NCBI GenBank assembly: GCA_965644295.1
Contig: CBFFRP010000300.1
Coordinates: forward strand, 1-9,301
Length of the DNA: 9,301 nucleotides
Reading direction: 5' to 3'
DNA from: Paraphysomonas bandaiensis
Lineage: Eukaryota > Protista > Chrysophyceae
Part shown: positions 1-7,889 of the stretch, one piece after another
Numbering within the stretch: the first letter of the stretch is position 1
How the letters are laid out: each line of letters starts with the position of its first letter
Notes under the pieces: generated by a model
The model's database searches: none
What the model was told of the DNA's origin: nothing
Seen by the model: only the letters and a program-made list of their open reading frames with translations
Translations under genes and position numbers: made by a program

Positions 1-59
1 GTTATCTTACTAATCATCCAATTTGTGTCATAACTTGACATGCTGGTATGCAGGAACTG

Positions 60-600
60 GTGACATCGACTGTACGGCCCCACTTCAGTTTTCCTGGATA
101 GCTGGATTCGTATCAACGATGTAGAAGGTCATAAGAGTTGTGACTATGATGAGGCTAGCTGAAATGTCCGAGTCAGACGTCCATTAGTTTTGTCCTAGTT
201 GAGTTTTGGTGGTTGTGTATCAAGACAGCAAAAGAGCCGATTTCGACGCTTCTTCACAGTAGGCCATAACCTTTTGCAAGACCTTCATCCACATACCTCC
301 GAGCCACTTGGAACAATGCCTAAAGGAAGGCCACCAGATCGCCAATCTCAGAAGGGCATATTACTGTTTCCCCTAACTGCCATAAGGCTAATAAGTCAGT
401 CCCCGTGAGGTACATAAGGCTATCTATCATATAGCGAGTGGAGTCTCATCCCAAGAGGAGACCTCCAGATCACACGCGCCGGTGAGTCCCAGGACACACG
501 ATCATGGCGAGCCTCATAACACACACTAAGAACGGAAGTGGTTGCACCTTGGTGCTTGCGGCGACGCACAAGCAGCTTCTGTAGCGTTAAATAGTAGGAT
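60..600 (-). mobile_element. Decayed Ty1/copia LTR-retrotransposon pol fragment: RT C-terminus plus RNase H start
   Basis: Minus-strand translation across frameshifts and stops gives, in order: YYLTLQKLLVR (~596-564), DSTRYMIDSLMYLTGTD (445-395; cf. copia YRSxIGSLMYLTxTRPD), ALFQVARR (319-296), WMKVLQKVMAYC (291-256; cf. HWxAVKRVLRYL), KLM/SDSD (177-166; cf. RNase H LxGYSDSDW) and LSRK (101-90; cf. SWxSKK). Spacing is roughly canonical. Recognised by eye; boundaries are approximate. Confidence 0.62.
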
Positions 601-808
601 AAAAGAGTTTGTATTGATTAGTTGCGGGTAGTAGTCTAACTAGTATGACTAGCATTCTTCTAGCCACTAATTGGTGCAGGCTTTCAACGCCTATTGCTAA
701 ATAATCAGACATTCAATATATATGGTTGTGTATCTGTCAGTTATATGTTATTATTGCAATGTGCGTGCTGAAAGTTGATACATAACACTGACTAAACTTT
801 ACCATTCC

Positions 809-814
809 TTTATT
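809..814 (-). promoter_or_regulatory. Candidate polyadenylation signal (AATAAA) of the coiled-coil gene
   Basis: tttatt on + at 809-814 reads AATAAA on -, about 60 nt after the stop codon. The AT-rich context makes a chance match possible. Confidence 0.3.
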
Positions 815-873
815 AGTCAATAGACATCATAGTAAACAGATAATCATAACACATATCTACAACACACAACAAA

Positions 874-1101
874 TCACTTATGACTGAACTCAATTTTTAA
901 TTTCGACCACTCCAGCTCCGCTCGCTCTGCGCGCTTTTGAACCTCCGCATACCTTTTCTCTTGTTGCTCTAATTCTTTCCTATGTGCACTTTCCTCGGCT
1001 AATAAACGAGTTTGAAGGTGTTGACGTCGTGATTGTTCAGTGCGAAGCTTGCTCTCCAACTCACGGGTTACAACATCCTGTCGCTCCCCAAAATCTCTGG
1101 T
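874..1101 (-). CDS. Coiled-coil gene exon 7 (TRDFGERQ...IEFSHK*)
   Basis: Acceptor ttgattgcag|ACC; coiled-coil-like translation; stop TGA at 876-874. Confidence 0.87.
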   Translation of the reverse strand, partial: TRDFGERQDVVTRELESKLRTEQSRRQHLQTRLLAEESAHRKELEQQEKRYAEVQKRAERAELEWSKLKIEFSHK

Positions 1102-4100
1102 CTGCAATCAACACAGCAATAATATTAACGACGATATTGATGGGAAAAGGTGTGGTCATTAATACCATAAGATTTAATTTATTCTTCAGAGCAGATTCTC
1201 TCTTTTCATTTTCTCCCCTCAACCTGTACATTGCACATGTCACAAACTGCAAATTATTTGACAAAAGAAATACCTGTCGATCTCTATCTTGTGTCGACTC
1301 TTCATGTCTTCAATTTGAAGTCTTAAACTCTGTACTTCTCTCTCATATTCTGATGTTTTTCCTCCAGGCAAAGACGACCTCTGCAGAGTGCCACTCATAT
1401 TATCTACTGTGTTTTGTGTTGAGTCCTTCAACACATTATAACGGCTTCTTAACTCCGACAATTCTTTGTCATACTCCACGCGTCGAATTCTCTCTTTCCT
1501 GAGATCATCACTCATCTGCTCTATTTTACCTTGTATTTTATCACGCTCCTCCGTAAATTTTCCAGCTCCACGTACGATCATATCATATATCCTTGCTGAT
1601 AAAACTCCCATGCTATCTCGCTCTACGATATCCCCTGACTTCAGCTGCGTACTCACTGTGGCTATCAGATACAATATATCATTTCCTGTAGTCTCACTGA
1701 GTACATCACACGAAGTCAGCGATTCAAATACAGCTTTTAAAATCGCCATGTAGCCGTCACATATATGAGCAATATCACCACGGTTAATACTCCCCCCAGA
1801 AACTGATTTCGAATCGTTGCTATAGGTCGACATATCATCATAGGATTGAACGCTGCGTTGATTTTGTTTTGAAAGTGATCGCAAAAGGTTCTTTTCCTCC
1901 TCTAGATGCGCTGCTGTCAATGTCTTGCGTAACATCTGCAACCTTTTATCATGTTCTCGACTCATATTATCCCACAATGGGCGCATATGGGCCTCTATTT
2001 TATTTACAATGCTATCAATTTCAGACTGCATAGAACTCTTCTGTACATTTACAGAATCGCGTACTTTCTCCAACGTCACCCGGAGATCCCGGACAACACA
2101 TCTATAGGAGTCATCAATAGCATTAAGTTTATCAACAACAGCAAGGTATTTCGATTTAATTTGGTTATCCTCCTCTCTAGCTGTATTAAGATCTTGCAAT
2201 ATCTTTTCTGTACTACCCTTTTGCTGCTCTAATGCACTCTCGAGGGAAGTAATAGCCAGTTTCTGGGATTCAATAATCGTCACTTGTTCTCGGCATAATT
2301 CATCCTTACGTTGTATATCATTCTGAGCCGATTCTATCGCCTTATGAAGCTCGTCTTGGGATTTAGAAAGCGTTAATACCTCATTCATTAACTGCTCTCT
2401 GGTTTGTTCCACTTCCTCACATTGAGACTCTTTTCTGGAGAGAGTGACCTTCATTCGATCCACCTCAGACATGGTTTCCTTTAACATTTGTTGAATCTCC
2501 TCTTGTTGTTCGTTGATAGTATTCTCGTGGCCCTGAATGACTTCTTTCTGCTTCCGAATCTCCTCATCTCGATCGTTACAACTCTGTTCGTACTTATCCA
2601 TGAGCGTGTCAAACTTCTTCTTCATTTCCTCCAACAATCGTGAATCCTCTTCTTGGTCCTGCATTGCCTGCGCTTGGCAACGAGACAATGCAATACCAAG
2701 ACGTTCGTTCTCTTTTTTCAGTTCCTCCACAGCTGCATTCGAAGAGTCTGAATTCCTCATCTCACCCACTTCACCTTTGAGTTCCGACCGAGTTGCTTGA
2801 CATTTAGAGAGAGCGTTCTGTAGTCGCACGATTTCTGCTTCAAGTTTTTTTGTACGAACCATATCAACACAAGCATCCGAGGACTGATCATTCGATAGTA
2901 CATTTATTGATTTCATATGCGTGGAGTTCTCTTGTTGCTCTTTCAGACGAGATATGATCATTTTATAATGATTTGCCGCATCATGACTGCTGTGAACCAT
3001 TTTCTTCAAACGCTCAATTGTTTCATCCGCTTGTTCAAATTTCTTTTTCAGAATAAAAATTTGGTCTGTATAATGCTTTTCTTGATGTGAATTAATCGCT
3101 TTCAATTCATCGATTTGAGATAATAGTGCATCATGTTGAGCAACATCTCGTCGAACAAAACTGTCCGATCGAGACACATCCATTACTTCTGGCAGAGCAC
3201 CGCTCCGAATGCGAGATTGCGCAACATCAGCTTGATTCTGATAATGCAGACGATAGACACCGGCTCTTTGTTCTATCTGTCTGTTATCGGAGTCAATTTG
3301 CTTTTCCATCTCTAAGCGGACCTAATGCATACCACCATTAGCATAACAGATATTCAGGAATTTATTCTCAACAAAACAAACCAATTATTCTACCTGTTCT
3401 TCAATAAGCCGTTTCTCTCGATTATGGCTTGCAATTAAGTCATTCATTGACACCTCCGCCTGCCTCGCCTTGGTTTGCCACTCAGAAGCCTGACTCTTAC
3501 ACCTAACTGCCTCAGCTGATGCTTCTTCTACTTGCAACCTCATTGACAACAACTTCTCGTGGCCAATACTTATCTGGTCTCGAAGTGTTGATACTTCCGA
3601 AGTGAGCCCCCTGTTTTCCTTAATTTTTTCTTCAATGCTAGCCTTACAAGTATTCACTTCCTCGCGCAGTTTCTGCGATATATTTTTTTCGTGACCTATA
3701 TCAATGTCATATTTCTCTTGAAGGCTCTGTAATTTTCTTCGAGCAGTCTCAAGGGCTGCTTCTCCTTCCGCTGATTCTTCCTCTAGTAACTTCTCAACCT
3801 AAAGTAAACAGTCAATGAAAAGAGTATGGCTATAATATCTGCGACGATTGCTAACAGATTCCATTAGACGCCCATTCAAGAAGTTTAATCCAACTTTTCA
3901 CAGAATTCAGTCGACTCCACAGTAGCAACCTCACCTTTGCCATAACCTCGCTTACACTTTGTTTGCAACGAATATTTTCTTGTCTCATACTTTCTTCCGC
4001 TGATTTACATCTATCGAGGTCCATTGTCATATGCTGAATTTTGTCCGTTAAGTGCTTCACATCCGAAACAAGGGAGTCTCGATGCTCACTTACACTCTGT

Positions 4101-5145
4101 TAATATCCCATACAAGTTAGTTTTATTACACGATCTTAGTACAGATAAAAATGTAAATATGATATCACTATGTAAAATTAATGCATTTGGCGCGATATTT
4201 CGGACATTCCAGTCGTACCTGCAGCTTCCTTGACAAAGTATCGACATCAGACCGCAAGCGTGAATCTATATTTTCCATGTGTTCAATATCTTTGCTGCTG
4301 AGCTCTACAGACTTCTCAAGTTCGTACACTTCGCGGGTTTTCTTTGACATTTCTCCTCGCACCCGATCGAGTTCAATTTTCTTCGCCTAAAATGAGAACA
4401 TAATTTCAACTGTTTAGACTCAGTGTAACATAATTGAGGAAAGGGGTTACATAAATAGTAAAGAAACCAAGCTCGGGGAATAACATACCGACAACTCCGC
4501 CGTAACTCTATCCAACTGCTCTCGCATGGACGACTCTCTCGCTTCTATTTTCTCTTTCTGCTTGGTGACAGCACGCAATTCTTCTTGTGTCTGTGAGGTA
4601 ACTGCTTTGTACTCATGTTCGATTGACTGCAACTGATTTTTCATGGACACTACTGCGTCCTCAGCTTTCTTTAGCCGAATGATTTCAGACTGCAGAGATT
4701 GAATTGTATGTTGTTGAGAATGCATTACCTCTTGTCGCCTATTCAATTCACGCTTATGTGCTGTGTCATTTTCAAGCAATGAAAGGATATATTTCTCTCG
4801 ACTCCCTTGTAAATGCGTCTGCACGATTTCTTGTATGATGGAAGGGATAAACACAGACGACGTGGGGTCAGACTTCATTCCCACCACGATTTCATCTGTA
4901 ACTACTTCAGAACAAGTTTGTTCCAATGTAGCTGACAACTGTTTGATCCTTTGTTCATAAGTTTCTCTCAAAATCTGATATTTTTCTTTGAACTGTTTCT
5001 CCAGATGCTTTGCATGGTCCGTTGGATCCTCACTTATCTCTGAGTGTGTATCATTGTTATATAGGCTATTTGATGCACTTGCAGGGACATCACTCAGATA
5101 GCCCTCACCCATTCTTCCAACTTGTTTTAGGCTTCTTGACATCAT
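874..5145 (-). CDS. Large multi-exon coiled-coil protein (7 exons, 3726 nt CDS, 1241 aa); function unknown, plausibly a cytoskeletal/centrosomal or tethering scaffold
   Basis: Seven minus-strand E/K/Q/R/L-rich heptad-like ORF fragments (4447-5145, 4168-4362, 3851-4060, 3385-3657, 1240-3309, 1061-1264, 874-1107) join in frame through six GT-AG introns: 4387-4488 (102 nt), 4097-4218 (122), 3799-3934 (136), 3322-3393 (72), 1224-1273 (50), 1102-1165 (64). Exon lengths 657+168+162+405+2048+58+228=3726=1242 codons including TGA. An in-frame TAG lies upstream of the ATG at 5169-5167. No Walker A, motor or transmembrane motif was seen. Confidence 0.88.
1166..1223 (-). CDS. Coiled-coil gene exon 6 (LRGENEKRESALKNKLNLM)
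   Basis: Acceptor gtacag|G completes the split AG/G Arg codon; donor ATG|GTATTA; 58 nt restores phase 0. Confidence 0.8.
1274..3321 (-). CDS. Coiled-coil gene exon 5 (VRLEMEKQ...KIEIDR)
   Basis: Branch-like GCTAAT followed by gcattag|GTC; covers the 689-aa ORF; donor AG|GTATTT at 1273 (phase 2); 2048 nt. Confidence 0.92.
3394..3798 (-). CDS. Coiled-coil gene exon 4 (VEKLLEEE...RLIEEQ)
   Basis: Acceptor gtttactttag|GTT; donor CAG|GTAGAA; 405 nt open frame, phase 0/0. Confidence 0.85.
3935..4096 (-). CDS. Coiled-coil gene exon 3 (SVSEHRDSLVSDVKH...EVMAK)
   Basis: Branch-like ACTAAC followed by attaacag|AGT; donor AAG|GTGAGG; 162 nt, phase 0/0. Confidence 0.8.
4219..4386 (-). CDS. Coiled-coil gene exon 2 (AKKIELDRV...SRKLQ)
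   Basis: Acceptor tctcattttag|GCG; donor CAG|GTACGA; 168 nt, phase 0/0. Confidence 0.85.
4489..5145 (-). CDS. Coiled-coil gene exon 1 (MMSRSLKQ...VTAELS)
   Basis: ATG at 5145; donor TCG|GTATGT at 4488; 657 nt, phase 0. Confidence 0.82.
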
Positions 5146-5422
5146 GTATCCTTTACGTACACTGCACTATAAATTCCAATTGTTGTGAAGTCAGCTTAAC
5201 TGCCACATACAGTTCAAAAATATTTTCAGTTTTTTGAAGTACAGTTGCTATTGAAGATACACCCTGCCAGGGATTTGTGTAGCCAGTATTTGGAGATCTA
5301 GATGTGCAACAAGCACATTATACGTAATGTACACATACATGCCTTTTCATACATAACATTCACTTACTGTCACATTTCTTGCACTGTATTATAAATCTCA
5401 GCTCGAATACAACTATAACCCA
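5146..5422. promoter_or_regulatory. Divergent (head-to-head) promoter region, 277 bp
   Basis: Lies between ATG 5145 (-) and ATG 5423 (+). TATAAA at 5168-5173 and 5390-5395; inverted repeat ACATTA-tacg-TAATGT at 5315-5330. Confidence 0.65.
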
Positions 5423-6550
5423 ATGATTTACGCTCAACTACTAACCGTCGCCGGTCTGGTTGCTACTTGCTATGGCAAGCTCACCGTTAAGGAGAACCTG
5501 GAGAACTACTCCTTCGAGCAGTTTGTGTCTGATTTTAAGCACAATTACTCCCCTCAGGAACGGACCCTTCGCAGAGAGATTTTCCACCGTGAGTTGGAGA
5601 GTGTTATCGCTCACAATTCTGGAAAGTCTTCATGGAGACGTGGTATTAACAGATATTCTGCTATGACCACTGAGGAGAAAAAGGCCTCTCTCGGCAGATC
5701 CAAGGGGGTAGATCGTGCCCACACACCCAAGTACGCCAAGCCTCTTCCTACTGATTTCAAGTTAAAGGATGTGTCTGAGCTCCCGAAGTCTGTGGACTGG
5801 AGAGAAAAGGCGAATGTTGTGTCAGCTGTCAAAGATCAGGGACACTGCGGCAGCTGCTGGGCATTTGCCAGTGCAGCTGTGCTCGAGTCCCATGTTGCTC
5901 TTAACACTGGACTTCTCTATGACCTCTCTCCTCAGCAGATTGCTATGTGTGCCCCTAACCCTGACTCATGCGGTGGTACTGGCGGTTGTGAAGGCGCCAC
6001 TGCTGAAATTGCCTTCGACTATGTTGCTGGCATGAGTGGTATACTGGAAGAATACCAGCTCGGATACACTGCCTACAACGGTGTTGACTCTGCTTGTGGT
6101 TTCGAGTCATCTGGTGCTGCTCCTGTTGCTACTATTGATGGGTATGTTCAGCTGCCGGAGAACAACTACACCGCTCTTATGAATGCAATCGCAACTGTTG
6201 GGCCTGTAGCTGTGTCGGTTGATGCATCGACTTGGCACTCGTATGCTGGTGGTGTGTTCGCAGGATGCAACCAGGATCAGCCCGATATTAACCACGCCGT
6301 TACGCTCGTGGGATATGGAGAAGAAGATAACCAGCCCTATTGGCTCGTACGTAACTCTTGGTCTCCTTCGTGGGGAGAGCTCGGATACATTAAAGTTGCT
6401 CGATCAGAGAACGATGAACAGAATTGTGGAACGGACATCACACCGCAGGATGGCACTGCATGTGCGGGAGACGATGATCCAGTGAAGGTTTGTGGCACAT
6501 GTGGTATTCTTTATGACAGCGCATACCCTACCGGAGCGGCTCTGGCCTAA
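5423..6550 (+). CDS. Papain-family (MEROPS C1A) cysteine protease, cathepsin L-like preproenzyme with signal peptide and I29 inhibitor prodomain; intronless, 375 aa
   Basis: Hydrophobic signal peptide MIYAQLLTVAGLVATCYG. ERFNIN-like motif ERTLRREIFHRELESVIAHN and GNFD-like motif GINRYSA. Mature start LPKSVDWRE. QGHCGSCWAF contains the oxyanion Gln and catalytic Cys145 (5855-5857); INHAVTLVGYG contains His291 (6293-6295); YWLVRNSWSPSWGELGY contains Asn311 (6353-6355). C-terminus CGILYDSAYP. Confidence 0.97.
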   Translation: MIYAQLLTVAGLVATCYGKLTVKENLENYSFEQFVSDFKHNYSPQERTLRREIFHRELESVIAHNSGKSSWRRGINRYSAMTTEEKKASLGRSKGVDRAHTPKYAKPLPTDFKLKDVSELPKSVDWREKANVVSAVKDQGHCGSCWAFASAAVLESHVALNTGLLYDLSPQQIAMCAPNPDSCGGTGGCEGATAEIAFDYVAGMSGILEEYQLGYTAYNGVDSACGFESSGAAPVATIDGYVQLPENNYTALMNAIATVGPVAVSVDASTWHSYAGGVFAGCNQDQPDINHAVTLVGYGEEDNQPYWLVRNSWSPSWGELGYIKVARSENDEQNCGTDITPQDGTACAGDDDPVKVCGTCGILYDSAYPTGAALA

Positions 6551-7598
6551 GCAGCTTTCACCTGATGTTTGCTGACAGATCAGATGAGTGTTTTTAACAA
6601 CACTTGGCATGTGCTGTTAACTTGTGTTGAGAGTATGTAATTATATAGTGCATTGCGGATATAGCATTACGCCCTTGCTTTATCACCACAGTTGGGAATT
6701 ACCACTGGTGTGAAAGTTGATGGTGATATGAATATTCAAAGTTCAAGTAAATAAGAAATATCGTCAAAGAAATAAAGCGTGTTTCAATCATCCTAATTGA
6801 ACAGATATTCAATTTTCATTATGCAGTTAATTCCAGAATGACTAACAGCTAAAGAACAAGAATGTCGCTTTGTAGAATTTGTGAACTGTAGTACTCTACA
6901 ACACGACTTCTATGAAAATGTTTGTCCCTAGTACTGAACTAAAAAATGGTAGACGTTCCTAGCTATGGCCACACTGTCGGAATGAGGCAATACGTGCACC
7001 GCAGGCCTCATTCCAAACTTTACTGTTTTACATATATAACGGCTTCATCGCTTTATAAACTTTTTCGTTTATCAATCAAACAACTTGAAGAAAATCCTAC
7101 TTCAGAGTCCAGAGAATTATAACCTATATATGAAATAAATGTAACAATTATAACGTGCCATCCACCAACAGAAGTGGTATTCGTGGCACCTATTTGCGAA
7201 ACTAGTCAGGGTTTGCTGCAAGTCTGCACAGGAATGATCTAGTTTCCTTGAAACTACGCTCCATTTTCGGTGAGCGGTTCATTCACTTCTCTGTGAACAT
7301 AGACGGTCATGGTACAGGCCAGTGCTGCTATCAATGTTAAGAAGCACGTGGGTTAGGTATCAGAAGTATTTTTCGTGGTATCTTATCATCATTGTCGTTA
7401 TCCACATCAATAGTAATCAATGCCAATTGCAAGAATACCTTGACCTTTTCTGCGTATTGACTTGCAGGAACTCCCAATTTACCATATCTGCTTGGTTTAC
7501 AGTGAAGCCTCATCACGCTGTTCTCTAATACGCATGTTTGTTGTTATAAGTGTATTAGATGGATCTTGGTTGCAATTCTCATTATATTCAGTGTGGTT

Positions 7599-7682
7599 AT
7601 ACACTTCCTATAACGAAAGAAAATCGGCCCCCTCAAAAAAATCGGCCCCCCCATTTTCTCATCCATTTTCCCACCCCCCATT
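7599..7682. repeat. Short direct-repeat block resembling a DNA-transposon terminus (solo)
   Basis: AAAATCGGCCCCC occurs twice (7620-7632 and 7638-7650), followed by CCATTTTC twice (7651-7658, 7663-7670). It is preceded by TA|CACTTCCTATAACG. No inverted partner was found in the window. Confidence 0.45.
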
Positions 7683-7689
7683 GAACTGA

Positions 7690-7770
7690 TATGCACATAC
7701 ATACATGACATTAACTCCAACACCACAACTAACCACAACATACACCAATACAATCAGACACATACACGCT
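7690..7770. repeat. CA-rich low-complexity tract
   Basis: cacatacatac, caacaccacaactaaccacaacatacac, cagacacatacac; very few G. Confidence 0.6.
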
Positions 7771-7889
7771 GTCTTTACAATGGAGTATGTCAACATTATA
7801 TGCAGCCATTTTCACCATCACACCCTGTGTCTCGAGTGATTAGACAGAGGAGCCCTGCGTCCTCAGGATGGCTATTGATCGCTATATGC

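Noticed and set aside
199-408. 69-aa plus-strand ORF
   Set aside because: It starts at TTG, has no motif, and is antisense to the copia RT relic.
984-1502. 172-aa plus-strand ORF
   Set aside because: It is antisense to exons 5-7 of the coiled-coil gene, starts at GTG, and has the F/L/S/C-rich composition expected of the reverse complement of E/K/Q/R codons.
1240-3309. Calling the large ORF SMC, myosin or kinesin, or a standalone 689-aa gene
   Set aside because: There is no ATPase or motor motif, and both ORF ends are explained by splice sites, making it an internal exon.
1466-5237. Other short plus-strand ORFs overlapping the coiled-coil gene
   Set aside because: These are antisense shadows with no motifs.
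5460-6610. Alternative-frame and antisense ORFs within the protease gene
   Set aside because: They are by-products of biased codon usage in the real frame.
6594-6728. Short inverted repeats in the protease 3' region (6594-6620; TATCACCA/TGGTGATA at 6681-6728)
   Set aside because: The stems are only 8-10 bp. There is no in-frame TGA to suggest a SECIS element and no recognisable RNA family.
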